Source: an uncultured Planctomycetia bacterium (GTDB lineage: Bacteria > Omnitrophota > Gorgyraeia > 2-02-FULL-51-18). Taken from it: a stretch of 64,000 nt of DNA. Of the stretch, positions 51,043 through 60,828 are shown in pieces. Every line of letters starts with the position of its first letter. Positions within the stretch are counted from its first letter, which is position 1. The DNA is taken from assembly GCA_964606485.1 (NCBI GenBank), contig CAZSGP010000002.1:202766-266765 (forward strand), in the 5' to 3' direction. The notes beneath the pieces were generated by a model, which ran no database searches, had not been told where the DNA came from, and saw nothing but the letters and a program-made list of their open reading frames with translations. A program made the translations under genes and the position numbers.

Positions 51043-53519
51043 CTAGCGGCGATGGTATAAATTTTCTTCGGGACGTATTTTTTTTGGGAAATTTTTTTGC
51101 CGTCAATCGCAGCGATCACTTTTTCGTCTTTGAAGGCCTGCGCCTCCACTTCGACTTCGGTAGCAGTCGCCGCAATCGTGAGTTTGGATTTCACTTTGCC
51201 GTTAACCATGACGGGAATTTCAAGCGTATCGTCTTCGAGATATTTGGCATCAACCATCGGCCATGCTTCGTGGGACAACGACTTTTGGTGGCCCATTTTT
51301 TCCCAAAGTTCCTCGGCTAGATGCGGTGCGTAGGGCGCAAGCGCCAAAACAAACATTTCTAAAACTTTTTTGGAGTGATCCGCTTGGGATGATTCCTCAT
51401 TTATAAACATCATCATCTGAGAAATCCCGGTGTTGAATGAGAGAGATTCAATGTCATCCCCCACTTTTTTGACCATGCGGTTTATCCGTTTTAATTCTTC
51501 AATGGTCGGCTCGCGGTCCACAATGTTCGCATGTAAGTTTCCGTTTTGATCGATAAAAAGTCTCCACGCGCGTGACAAGAAGCGGTAAACCCCTTCCACC
51601 CCCTTCATGGACCAGGATTTCATTTGCGTGAGCGGCCCCATAAACATTTCGTATAGCCGCATGCTGTCCGCACCAAAACTTTCCACCACAACGTCGGGGT
51701 TAATCACATTGCCTCGGGACTTCGACATTTTCTGTCCGTCTTCGCCTAAAATCATTCCCTGGTTTACGAGTTTCATAAATGGTTCTTTGGCGGACACAAG
51801 ACCCAAATCAAAAAGCACTTTGTGCCAAAAGCGTGAGTAAAGTAAATGGAGTACCGCGTGCTCGGCGCCGCCCACATACAAGTCAACGGGCATCCAGTAT
51901 TTTTCTTTGGAGGGGTCGATAAACTTTTCTTTGTTCTTAGGATCCATGTAACGCAAATAGTACCAGCACGAACCCGCCCACTGTGGCATGGTGTTGGTTT
52001 CGCGTTTGGCTGGACCGTGGCACTCCGGGCATTTGGCGTTCACCCATTCGGCGGCTTTGGCCAGCGGTGGCTCTGCGTTTCCCGAAGGCTTAAAATCCGT
52101 CATCTCGGGAAGCCGTAAAGGCAGTTCATTTTCAGGAACGCGAACTTCGCCGCATTTGGCGCAGTGAATAATCGGAATGGGCTCGCCCCAATACCGCTGG
52201 CGCGAAAAAAGCCAGTCGCGGAGCTTGTAATTCACAGTGGCTTTACCCAAATTTTTCTCTTCAAGCCACTTTGCAATTTTCTTTTTGGCTTCTGCGGTTG
52301 GGAGACCGTCAAGGAAGCCGCTGTTGATATTGATGCCATCATCAGTGAATGCTTGAGATTGCTTCGCTTCGCTCGCAATGACGTCATTGCGAGGAGTCGA
52401 AGACGACGAAGCAATCTCGTTCTTTCTGATAACTTCAACAATCTTAAGATTAAACTTTTTCGCAAATTCAAAATCGCGTTCATCGTGCGCCGGAACCGCC
52501 ATAATCGCACCGGTGCCGTAACTTGCGAGCACATAGTCTGCAATCCACACCGGAATTTTTTCGCCATTGACGGGATTTACGGCAAAAGCTCCCGTAAAAA
52601 CACCGGTCTTATCTTTGGAAAGCTCCGTCCGCTCAAGCTCGCTCTTGGAAGACGCCTTCTTTTGGTATTCTTCAACCGCTTTATTTTGTTCGGGTGTTGT
52701 GATTTTTAAAACCAACGCGTGTTCGGGAGAAAGCACCATGTAAGTTGCGCCAAACAAGGTATCGGGCCGCGTGGTAAACACCGTCACCGCGTGAGTTCCA
52801 ATTTGAAACGTGACGTGCGCGCCTTCGCTTCGCCCAATCCAATTTCTTTGCATTTCCTTAATGGATTCGGGCCAATCTACAAGCGACAAGTCTTCTAAAA
52901 GCCGGTCGGCATATCTTGTGATTCGAAGCATCCACTGGCGCATATTTTTACGCACCACCGGGTGATTGCCACGCTCCGATTTTCCGTCGACAACTTCTTC
53001 GTTGGCGAGCACGCATCCCAAAGCGTCGCACCACCACACCGGCACTTCGGCGACATAGGCCAAACCTTTTTCGTGAAGCTTTAAAAATATCCACTGTGTC
53101 CAGCGCACGTAGTCGGGATCGGTGGTGTCGACTTCACGATCCCAGTCGTAGCTAAGACCTAGAGACTGAATTTGTTTTCGGAAGGTATTGATATTTTTCT
53201 GAGTGGTAATTGACGGATGCGTGCCCGTTTCGATGGCGTACTGTTCAGCCGGAAGCCCGAATGCATCCCAACCCATGGGGTGCAGCACATTAAATCCGCG
53301 CATGCGTTTGTAGCGCGAAAAAATATCCGTCGCGGTGTAGCCTTCCGGGTGACCGACGTGCAAGCCTGAACCCGAGGGGTACGGAAACATATCGAGCACA
53401 TAAAGCTTCTTTTTATCCCCCGCCTCTGCAGGCTCTAAGGATTTAAAAGTTTTGTGCTCGAGCCAGTGTTTCTGCCACTTGGTTTCGATCGTTGAGAAGG
53501 GGTAAAGGGTTTCTGCCAT
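51039..53519 (-). CDS. leuS: Leucyl-tRNA synthetase.
   Basis: About 826 aa from [19 protein letters not shown], with the ATG at 53517-53519. It has the class I HIGH-type motif region ([12 protein letters not shown]) and KMSKS. The track ORF extension to 53606 would overlap tRNA-Leu and is rejected. Confidence 0.9.
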   Translation of the reverse strand: MAETLYPFSTIETKWQKHWLEHKTFKSLEPAEAGDKKKLYVLDMFPYPSGSGLHVGHPEGYTATDIFSRYKRMRGFNVLHPMGWDAFGLPAEQYAIETGTHPSITTQKNINTFRKQIQSLGLSYDWDREVDTTDPDYVRWTQWIFLKLHEKGLAYVAEVPVWWCDALGCVLANEEVVDGKSERGNHPVVRKNMRQWMLRITRYADRLLEDLSLVDWPESIKEMQRNWIGRSEGAHVTFQIGTHAVTVFTTRPDTLFGATYMVLSPEHALVLKITTPEQNKAVEEYQKKASSKSELERTELSKDKTGVFTGAFAVNPVNGEKIPVWIADYVLASYGTGAIMAVPAHDERDFEFAKKFNLKIVEVIRKNEIASSSSTPRNDVIASEAKQSQAFTDDGININSGFLDGLPTAEAKKKIAKWLEEKNLGKATVNYKLRDWLFSRQRYWGEPIPIIHCAKCGEVRVPENELPLRLPEMTDFKPSGNAEPPLAKAAEWVNAKCPECHGPAKRETNTMPQWAGSCWYYLRYMDPKNKEKFIDPSKEKYWMPVDLYVGGAEHAVLHLLYSRFWHKVLFDLGLVSAKEPFMKLVNQGMILGEDGQKMSKSRGNVINPDVVVESFGADSMRLYEMFMGPLTQMKSWSMKGVEGVYRFLSRAWRLFIDQNGNLHANIVDREPTIEELKRINRMVKKVGDDIESLSFNTGISQMMMFINEESSQADHSKKVLEMFVLALAPYAPHLAEELWEKMGHQKSLSHEAWPMVDAKYLEDDTLEIPVMVNGKVKSKLTIAATATEVEVEAQAFKDEKVIAAIDGKKISQKKYVPKKIYTIAAS

Positions 53520-53528
53520 GAGATTTTT

Positions 53529-53612
53529 TACCGAAGGTGGGACTCGAACCCACAACCCCGTAAGGGGATCGGTTTTTGAGACCGACGCGTATGCCAGTTC
53601 CGCCACTTCGGC
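53529..53612 (-). tRNA. tRNA-Leu (anticodon CAA), type II with a long variable arm.
   Basis: Folded by hand: acceptor stem GCCGAAG/CTTCGGU, anticodon stem TCGGT/ACCGA with loop CU-CAA-AA, T-arm GGGTTCGAGTCCC. It is 84 nt and CCA is not encoded. It ends 9 nt upstream of the leuS start. Confidence 0.8.
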
Positions 53613-53625
53613 TAGATAAAAAAAT

Positions 53626-53701
53626 TGGTGGACCTGAGCGGGATCGAACCGCTTACCTCCTCAATGCCATTGAGGCGCTCTACCAGGTGAGCTACAGGCC
53701 C
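53626..53701 (-). tRNA. tRNA-Ala (anticodon GGC).
   Basis: GGGCCTGTAGCTCACCTGGTAGAGCGCCTCAATGGCATTGAGGAGGTAAGCGGTTCGATCCCGCTCAGGTCCACCA. It has the G3-U70 identity pair, anticodon loop AU-GGC-AU and an encoded CCA. Confidence 0.85.
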
Positions 53702-53771
53702 AATAAAATTAATGCCGTTAAGAGCCAACGAATATAACACACTTCCAAATTGAATTCAAAAGCGATAAAAA

Positions 53772-54524
53772 CTAGTGGGCACCGACCAAGCCGCCGATGA
53801 GAAGGATGGAAACAGCCCCCGCCGAGGCCGCGATAACCGTGGACCGAGGATGATGTTTAAACACTTCACTGAGTAGCGCGTGAATCACGAGAAAAATAAA
53901 CCCTCCCCCCACGTGGCCCAGCACCCAAGCGGCCCATTGCGTGGAAGCGGGAACCCAAAAGAAACCTGCGAAGCCACCCGCAAACGTCGTTATTCCTTCG
54001 AGTAGCGCTGTTATGCCAAAGGCCTTGAGCCGGCTGTAGCCCGAACCGCGTGCGATTAAAGTCAGCGCCATTCCTTCGGGAATTTTGTGGAATAAAACTG
54101 CTGCAAAAAGTTGAACACTCACCGATGACGCCGCTGACAGTGAGCTGTAAATAGCTAGGCCATCCATAAAACTGTGAATCGAAAGCGCCACAATCATTGT
54201 GATGGTAACGGCTTTAAAATCAACCTCAGTGTGCGTGGCCGCACACGCCGGGCAAATGTGTGACACAAATCGCGTCACCACCCAAAATAAAGCGTAGCCT
54301 GAAAGAATACTAAAAAGCGCCTGTACCGCTCCAAGCGACGCGAACGTTTCAGGAACGATGTCAAATAGACTGACTGCTAAAAGCGAACCGGCCGCAAAGG
54401 AAATTAGAATACACAGCGTGCGGTGGCCAATTTTTTTAAAACTAACGGCGGCCAACGCTCCAAGGCAAGCCCCTAAAACGGCCACGCCTTGGCGCACCGG
54501 CATTACAAATGAAGGATCTATCAA
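53772..54524 (-). CDS. ZIP family metal (zinc) transporter.
   Basis: 250 aa with about 8 transmembrane helices. It has the ZIP signature HKIPEGMALT and histidine-containing transmembrane segments. Confidence 0.7.
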   Translation of the reverse strand: MIDPSFVMPVRQGVAVLGACLGALAAVSFKKIGHRTLCILISFAAGSLLAVSLFDIVPETFASLGAVQALFSILSGYALFWVVTRFVSHICPACAATHTEVDFKAVTITMIVALSIHSFMDGLAIYSSLSAASSVSVQLFAAVLFHKIPEGMALTLIARGSGYSRLKAFGITALLEGITTFAGGFAGFFWVPASTQWAAWVLGHVGGGFIFLVIHALLSEVFKHHPRSTVIAASAGAVSILLIGGLVGAH

Positions 54525-54537
54525 TTTTTAAAAGAGA

Positions 54538-54723
54538 TCAGCTATTGTACTTGCGAGACTTTACGGTCTTTTCGGCGCGGAGCCAGTCTTCTTTATCAAA
54601 ACCATCCAAATAGCCGCGTTCGACGTAAAATTGGTAGGCTAGTCTTTCAATTTCTTGTTGATCAGAGCCTGATTTCTTTGGAGCGCTTGCTTTTTTGGTC
54701 TGTGTAGTTGCGATTTTAGCCAT
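54538..54723 (-). CDS. Small DUF2934-like protein.
   Basis: 61 aa. The conserved core is EIERLAYQFYVERGYLDGFDKEDWLRAE. Confidence 0.5.
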   Translation of the reverse strand: MAKIATTQTKKASAPKKSGSDQQEIERLAYQFYVERGYLDGFDKEDWLRAEKTVKSRKYNS

Positions 54724-54775
54724 GGCGTTGATCCTCCTGTTTCATTCTGGCAAATGCCTCTGTAAAAATCAAGTG

Positions 54776-57652
54776 TTAACGGGGATTGGCAGCGCTCTCG
54801 AACACGCCCTCAAGCTGAGTCTGCATTTGAGTAAGCTTGCCCTCAGAAAAAGAAAGCGCTGAAATATCGTTTAAGCGTGAAAAATAAAGAATTCCCTTGG
54901 ACGGGTTTTTCCCGTAAAGCTTTGAAAAAACGAGCCCATAGAGCGACAGCTGCAACGCATACTTAGCAGCGGTCGACTCTTTTTCTTCAGGGTCAATGGC
55001 GTTGGTTTTGTAATCCACAATCACCCATTCTTTTTTGGCGTTCTGAAACACCAGATCAATTTGACCCTTCAACAAGCCGCGCTTTGTTTTGTACAAAAAT
55101 GGCAATTCCGGAAAAACAGATTTCGAAGCGCGTATTTCTTTAGCGAGATCAGATCGCCAAAAGTTGATCACGCTTTGGTTAAATTCCGCCCGGTCTTCTT
55201 TTGAGAATTTAAGCGTAAATGAATTTAGGAATTTCTTTGAAACGGTTTTTGAGCGCCGTGTCACCAAAATTTCGAGCGCTTTGTGATAAAGCGTTCCAAA
55301 TTCGTTTCGGGGCAAAAGCTGTTCGTCCGGATCAAAATCATGAAGCGGCTCTTCCTGCTTAAAGTCCTGTGAACGTTCGGCATCCGGCGCTTGCATCGAC
55401 AAAATATCCGACACCGACAAGTCCCGGACCTGATCGTAAGGTTTTTCCGGCAAAGCGATGCGCGCTTCAATGTCCTTTGGAATTTTGGGAGCCTGACTTC
55501 GAGCTTTTTCTGTGGGACGCTCTGCCGAAACTGAAAAGTCCGCCTCGACTGGCGTTAAATGGGCTGCTGCAAAGGAGGCGGGTATTCCATCGGCCCCCAA
55601 CAAAACATTCATCCACGAACCTTCCTCACCCTCCGCGCCCGAAAGAATGAGCTGATCTTTGGCTCGCGTCAGCGCCACATAAAGCGCGCGCTTCTGCTCC
55701 TGACTGTCCTCAGATTTTATTTTAGCGGTGATCTCCTCATAAAGCGGCTCACCCTTCACTCCAAACCCGAGCGTCTCGTCCCACACAAAATTTCCAAACC
55801 GGCTTTTTCGTTCGCCCGCTCCCATATCCGCCACGATCACGCAAGGAAATTCAAGGCCCTTTGCCGCGTGCACTGTTGAAAGAGTGACCACGTCCGCATT
55901 TTCAGGCTGAATATTCGCCTGCGATAGTTGAGTTTCATTTGACGCAAGCGATCCGATCATTTTTAGAAATTCATCCACAAAGCTTTGGCCCAACTCGACA
56001 AATTTCCAGACATTGGCAAATTTTTGATGCCCATCTTCAAAGCGCAGCGTTGTCTCAAGATAACCTGACGCTTTTAAGATGCCGTTTAAAATATCAGAAA
56101 CTTTTTTTTCGTTTTTAAGACTCCTAGCGTCAGTGAGCCATGTTTTAAATTTCGAAATTTTATCCGCGTCCTCCGGAAGCATTCGACTGGCATAACTCCC
56201 TGCTTCTATGGCACCCCAAAGCGGACGCTTGGAGTCCTTGGATTTGGCTTCCTGGGCAAGCCAATACAAAGCATCCTCGCCAATACCCACCAGCGGCGAT
56301 CGCAAAACCGCGGCTAGACTCAAGTCATCCTCAGGACGGCCGAGCAAGGTTAAAACACAGATCAAATCCCGGACCTCCGGTCGCTCGAGAAATCCTTCGC
56401 TACGCGCAGCGCTATACGGAATTTGAGCTTGGGCCAACTCTCTTTCGTAAAGACGCAGAGCAGTGGTCGAACGAAACAGCATGGCAATGTCTTTAAATTT
56501 ATATTTTTTTTCAACACGAACAAGCCTGTGAATCCTCTCGGCAAGCGTGCGCGCCTCAACAATTCTCAAATCTTCAAGCGTCAACCCTGAACCCTTTTCC
56601 CTCTTTAAAATGAGAAGTTCCAAAACCGGTGATTCCGACTTTTGAGCGGCTCGCTTCGCCACGAGCGGACGATAATTTTTTGATGAAAAAAGATTTCCCG
56701 ACGCCCAATTGATAAAATCTAAAATTTCCTCTCTCGAGCGGTAGTTGTCATTGAGGCTCATTTGCTGCCCAAGCGACATGGATTCAAAAATTTGAGGATC
56801 CGCATAACGAAACCGGTAAATCGACTGACGCGGATCTCCCACCACAAACAGATTTGCTTCGCGTTTAAGCCTGCGGATAATGGCCGCCTGCAGAGGGCTT
56901 GTGTCTTGAAATTCATCCACAAAAATGGCCGTGTACCGCTCTTGCAAAGCGTTTCGCACCGCGCGGCCAATTACTCCCTCGTCGGCCAATAAGAGATATG
57001 CTTTGTGCGTTAAGTCCTCAAAATCCAAACTCTGGCGCCGTTTTTTTTCGGCTTCATAAAAATTTTTAAACGCGGTGAACATTTCAAAAAATAGACCCAC
57101 GTCACGCGACGCAGCGCCCTTTTTTTGAGTATCAGGATACGCTCTTTCAAAATCATAGTAACGGGTCAACGCCTCACGAACGGGGCGCTCTTTGAAGCGA
57201 CTCAAGAAAAGAATCCATTCTCGATTGGACGATTGTGCTTCCCAGACCGCAGACAGCGACTCGTCTTTTAAAATCTCTGCATCCCCCTCGCTTAAAATAC
57301 TAAATTTTGGGGAAACTCCGGCCTCGATGGGATACTCGCGCAAAAGATCCGCGCAAAAACTGTGAATGGTTCCGATCGGGGACTGCTCCACCGCACTCGC
57401 CCAGTCGAGGCCCAGGTGACGCGCCGATTCGACTAAGCGCTTTTTCATTTCGTTGGCCGCTTTGTCCGTAAACGTAATCGCGAGCACCCGTTTCGGGTCC
57501 GCCCCCATCTTTGTCACCGCATGCAGGTAACGCTCAACCAAAACCGTGGTTTTTCCGGATCCAGCACCCGCGATCAAACAAAGATCCGATTTAAAATACG
57601 TTATGGCTTCTAATTGTTCAGGGCTTTTCATACACAAGCTTCCATTTTTCAA
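54776..57652 (-). CDS. addA: ATP-dependent helicase/nuclease subunit A-like (UvrD-type helicase with a C-terminal PD-(D/E)xK nuclease).
   Basis: 958 aa. The Walker A motif is AGAGSGKTTVL, UvrD/Rep helicase motifs are present, and the C-terminal nuclease motif is GQIDLVF...WVIVDYKT. It overlaps the addB stop. Confidence 0.7.
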   Translation of the reverse strand: MKNGSLCMKSPEQLEAITYFKSDLCLIAGAGSGKTTVLVERYLHAVTKMGADPKRVLAITFTDKAANEMKKRLVESARHLGLDWASAVEQSPIGTIHSFCADLLREYPIEAGVSPKFSILSEGDAEILKDESLSAVWEAQSSNREWILFLSRFKERPVREALTRYYDFERAYPDTQKKGAASRDVGLFFEMFTAFKNFYEAEKKRRQSLDFEDLTHKAYLLLADEGVIGRAVRNALQERYTAIFVDEFQDTSPLQAAIIRRLKREANLFVVGDPRQSIYRFRYADPQIFESMSLGQQMSLNDNYRSREEILDFINWASGNLFSSKNYRPLVAKRAAQKSESPVLELLILKREKGSGLTLEDLRIVEARTLAERIHRLVRVEKKYKFKDIAMLFRSTTALRLYERELAQAQIPYSAARSEGFLERPEVRDLICVLTLLGRPEDDLSLAAVLRSPLVGIGEDALYWLAQEAKSKDSKRPLWGAIEAGSYASRMLPEDADKISKFKTWLTDARSLKNEKKVSDILNGILKASGYLETTLRFEDGHQKFANVWKFVELGQSFVDEFLKMIGSLASNETQLSQANIQPENADVVTLSTVHAAKGLEFPCVIVADMGAGERKSRFGNFVWDETLGFGVKGEPLYEEITAKIKSEDSQEQKRALYVALTRAKDQLILSGAEGEEGSWMNVLLGADGIPASFAAAHLTPVEADFSVSAERPTEKARSQAPKIPKDIEARIALPEKPYDQVRDLSVSDILSMQAPDAERSQDFKQEEPLHDFDPDEQLLPRNEFGTLYHKALEILVTRRSKTVSKKFLNSFTLKFSKEDRAEFNQSVINFWRSDLAKEIRASKSVFPELPFLYKTKRGLLKGQIDLVFQNAKKEWVIVDYKTNAIDPEEKESTAAKYALQLSLYGLVFSKLYGKNPSKGILYFSRLNDISALSFSEGKLTQMQTQLEGVFESAANPR

Positions 57653-60521
57653 ACCGACAAATTGCGTCCATCTGGCAAAACTGACATGACTTTGGCTTCA
57701 CACGAATATCCCCGCTTCGTAAATTTTTTACGAGCCTGCCAATCGTCTCTTCGGTCTGAACTAAGATTTCATGAAGCGCTTCGTGAGAAACCATGCGTTT
57801 CGCTTTCGTAAATCCAAGTGTCTCGCGCGCCCAGTCGGCGTACAACCCCTCTTCTTTGCCAGACTCCAAAAACCGCAACTCCGCGCCTGCCGGCTTAAGG
57901 CCCAAAAGCCGCTCAAGTGCCATGAGGTAAATCGGCATTTGCAGTTCCAAACCCTTCTCAATTTTTTCGCCAATCGTTTGACTGCGCGCAGATTTTTTGT
58001 AATCAATCACGAGCGCTTCATCGGTTCCCTCAAAATGATCAATGCGGTCGATCTGTCCCTCAATCTGAACCGGTGGCTCGATGGATTTGAGCGTCAAATA
58101 ATCCAAATCCCTCTTTTTAACGTCTCCCCCAAACCGGAGCTCAAAAAACTGCGCGTAAACCGATCTTTTTTCAACGAGCTCAGCTTCACGCTCCGCAAAA
58201 AGTTTCAGTGTTTTTAAAATATTTTCACGGATAATTTGCTTTCGGAAATTGCTTGTCCCTACAAACGCGTCTTCCTTCCAGATCGCATTAAAAAAAGTTT
58301 CAAGCTTCTCGCTCACAACGCTCGAACTTTGCCAAAAAAGTTTGCTTTTGCGCTCCTCATCGGACAAAGAGCGGTAAAACTCTTCGAGTGTCTTGTGGAG
58401 CAAGCTACCAATAATCAGATTTTCCCGCCCCTCCAAAGGCTCGTTTAGCGATAAAATGCGCTGCACGAAATACTTAAAAGCGCAGGTCGCAAACGTCTCA
58501 AGCTTTGTCGCGCTGAACACTGAAATATTTTTAAAACGCTCTAAGATTGCTGGGTCTTTTAAAATGGCTTGAAACTCGGGTAAGCGGGGGCCTAAGTCCG
58601 CGGCGCCAAGCCGCATTTCAACCGCGCTCACCCACTCATCGGGAGCTGAAATTAAAAGAGCGGCCTCACGGCGGATTTCCCGTATCGCACTAAAACTCTG
58701 CCGCACCTCTTCGATAAAAAACGACGGCAAGATAGGCCGTCCTCTCGAATCATTCTGTGAAGTGCTTAAGAATAATTTTTCTTTCGCTCGCGTGACGGCC
58801 ATGTAGAAAAAATATTTCTCTCCGGACTCCCGAAGCGATCGCTCTTCAAATGCAAGCCCCTCGTGATTCATGGAGGCTCGCTCGTCGTCCTTAAAGATCG
58901 GATCTTCGAGGACTCGCTTCGGAAACTCCCCCTCATTCAAACCGCCGATAAAAACCACTTTGTACTCTTTGGGGAGCGCCATCACCGCATCGTAAACTTG
59001 GACCGCGTTTCGGCTCAGAGCTTTCTCGGAGTACAGTGCGCTCTGGAGCGCTGCTTTGAGCTTGTCTACAAACGCGAGGGGGTTAAAGTTTTCGGAATTG
59101 GGGTGTGGTGTTTCGGCGAGTGTGCGGCAAATATTTTCAAAAGCACGCACCGCTCGCGTTTCAGACTCCTTCACATTGACCTTTTTACGAAAGAGTCTTG
59201 CCCAATTTAAGAAATGGGCCGTAAATTGCGCAGCCGACACACTCTCTAAAAATGGGAGCGGATTTTCAGGCGTGGCTGTATTTTCTAAACTCTTTAAAAT
59301 TTCAAGCACCCATCCGCTGTCACTTAATTTTTTTCGCTCGTGAATGGCGAGAGGGATTTCAAAATCTTCAAAAACCTGACGTAAAACAGTTTCAGTGGAT
59401 CCGATTTTTCTAAAGATTAAACAAAAATCGCTAAAATGAATTCCGGAGTCGCGGTAAATCGACCGGATTTCCCGGGCAATCATTTCGACCTCCATGCGGC
59501 GGTTCGGGGCGGAAATCACCGTCACAATGTCTCCGGCAGAAGGCGCCTTAGCATTTGTTTTTAAAAAAAGGTTCTGCTCTAAATGAACAAGCGGCTCGAG
59601 ACGGGTCCGGTGTGAGACCTGACCCGTTGCAACAGTTTTAAAGCCATTGGCTATCAAGAATTTCTTTGTCCGAAATGCGTGTTCAAAAATTTGCTCACGC
59701 GCATTATCTAAGGGAAGTGTAAGTGTTACGAGCGTTTCTTTTGAAATTTTAGCGGAGAGCTCAATGAGTTTTCTCTGGGCCGGAGTAAAATCATAAAAGC
59801 CGTCGAAAATAAGAAGGTCCAGAGGGTCTTTTAATTTCAAAGCACTTAGAAGCGGGATCTGCGCATCCAGTTCCGATTGCCCCAAATTTTTAAGCGCCTG
59901 CCGGTAATTCTTTAAGACGATCGAAAAATCTCGGAACTTGAGGCGAAACGCTTCGCCGCCCGGACCTTTACGGGTTAAAAGAGATTGGCAGCGCTTTTCC
60001 AATTCAGAAACACTTAAGAGGGACGACTCAAATTCCTTAACCGTATCGCTCAAACTTTCAAGAAAGCCAGAATCATTTTTAATGGGCTCAAAATATCCAA
60101 ATGTAAATTTGGGGTCTGAGAGAATATGGCTCAAGACCCCTGAGCGCAGCGAATCCCCCACAGTTTTCACATGAACGCCGGAGGCATTGAGTAATTTGAG
60201 CGCTAAATCGTCAAGCGTCAGAATATTAAAATTAAAAATACCCGGGAGGTCTTTTTTGAGCGTGAGATGTGCAATTCGGTCCGCATGTTCGCGGCTTGGC
60301 AAAACAAAAAAAGCGCGGGAATTTAGTCCATGCTCACTCTTTAAAAGAGTGTCTCGAAAACGGTCGATACAATGCGACGTTTTTCCGGTGCCAGGAGCAC
60401 CGACCAGAAGTTTACGAGAGCTTGAAGAATTGGGAATCAGATTACTTGCGGGGATTCGAGCGGACAATCTCAATGGCCGCGCGAAGCTCGCGCACCACGT
60501 CTTTCTCAACACTGTCTTCAA
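57618..60521 (-). CDS. addB: Helicase/nuclease subunit B-like (AddB/RexB type with a C-terminal nuclease and Cys cluster).
   Basis: About 950 aa. The Walker A-like motif is VGAPGTGKTS. The C-terminal RecB-type nuclease motif is LVIDYKKS, followed by CQFCQMDAIC (Fe-S cysteines). The precise start is uncertain: the track start at 60521 is a TTG and overlaps ComFB by 80 nt, and there is no in-frame ATG near the expected position. Confidence 0.6.
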   Translation of the reverse strand: MKTVLRKTWCASFARPLRLSARIPASNLIPNSSSSRKLLVGAPGTGKTSHCIDRFRDTLLKSEHGLNSRAFFVLPSREHADRIAHLTLKKDLPGIFNFNILTLDDLALKLLNASGVHVKTVGDSLRSGVLSHILSDPKFTFGYFEPIKNDSGFLESLSDTVKEFESSLLSVSELEKRCQSLLTRKGPGGEAFRLKFRDFSIVLKNYRQALKNLGQSELDAQIPLLSALKLKDPLDLLIFDGFYDFTPAQRKLIELSAKISKETLVTLTLPLDNAREQIFEHAFRTKKFLIANGFKTVATGQVSHRTRLEPLVHLEQNLFLKTNAKAPSAGDIVTVISAPNRRMEVEMIAREIRSIYRDSGIHFSDFCLIFRKIGSTETVLRQVFEDFEIPLAIHERKKLSDSGWVLEILKSLENTATPENPLPFLESVSAAQFTAHFLNWARLFRKKVNVKESETRAVRAFENICRTLAETPHPNSENFNPLAFVDKLKAALQSALYSEKALSRNAVQVYDAVMALPKEYKVVFIGGLNEGEFPKRVLEDPIFKDDERASMNHEGLAFEERSLRESGEKYFFYMAVTRAKEKLFLSTSQNDSRGRPILPSFFIEEVRQSFSAIREIRREAALLISAPDEWVSAVEMRLGAADLGPRLPEFQAILKDPAILERFKNISVFSATKLETFATCAFKYFVQRILSLNEPLEGRENLIIGSLLHKTLEEFYRSLSDEERKSKLFWQSSSVVSEKLETFFNAIWKEDAFVGTSNFRKQIIRENILKTLKLFAEREAELVEKRSVYAQFFELRFGGDVKKRDLDYLTLKSIEPPVQIEGQIDRIDHFEGTDEALVIDYKKSARSQTIGEKIEKGLELQMPIYLMALERLLGLKPAGAELRFLESGKEEGLYADWARETLGFTKAKRMVSHEALHEILVQTEETIGRLVKNLRSGDIRVKPKSCQFCQMDAICRFEKWKLVYEKP

Positions 60522-60750
60522 CGATTACTTTTTTAATAAAATTTTTACCAGAGTCGGAAGTGATGTACATCGGCCACAGTCTGTTCAGCGCTAACGCCTT
60601 GATATCCCGAACTGAATTTTCTGAGAAACGGCTTGCTTTGTATTGCGGGTCGGCTAGGAGATTATTCAACACATTGGAAGCTAATTCTTCCATGTAATTG
60701 GTTACTCGGTTCGTTTGCACTTCGTTGGACTTTAAGGTTTTGGTGGCCAT
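60442..60750 (-). CDS. ComFB-like late competence protein (small, soluble).
   Basis: 102 aa. The segment NYMEELASNVLNNLL...ALALNRLWPMY resembles the ComFB family. The ATG was verified, and an AT-rich promoter-like region lies upstream (60751-60828). Confidence 0.4.
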   Translation of the reverse strand: MATKTLKSNEVQTNRVTNYMEELASNVLNNLLADPQYKASRFSENSVRDIKALALNRLWPMYITSDSGKNFIKKVIVEDSVEKDVVRELRAAIEIVRSNPRK

Positions 60751-60828
60751 AAATTGCTCTATTTGAGGTGAGTATACACTATGATTTTGATAAATTCAAA
60801 TTTTTATCTAAATATTATATCACCTAAC

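Noticed and set aside
53520-53606. An N-terminal extension of the leuS ORF.
   Set aside because: It would be translated through tRNA-Leu. The verified ATG at 53519 gives a normal LeuS N-terminus.
53529-54524. A possible tRNA-associated integrated element downstream of the tRNA pair.
   Set aside because: There is no integrase, no direct repeat of a tRNA 3' end and no compositional shift. The neighbours are ordinary genes: a ZIP transporter, DUF2934 and addAB.
60751-60828. An AT-rich gap upstream of ComFB, considered as a possible small RNA or riboswitch.
   Set aside because: It is only 78 nt with no recognisable conserved structure. It is more simply a promoter/UTR for the ComFB-addBA transcript.
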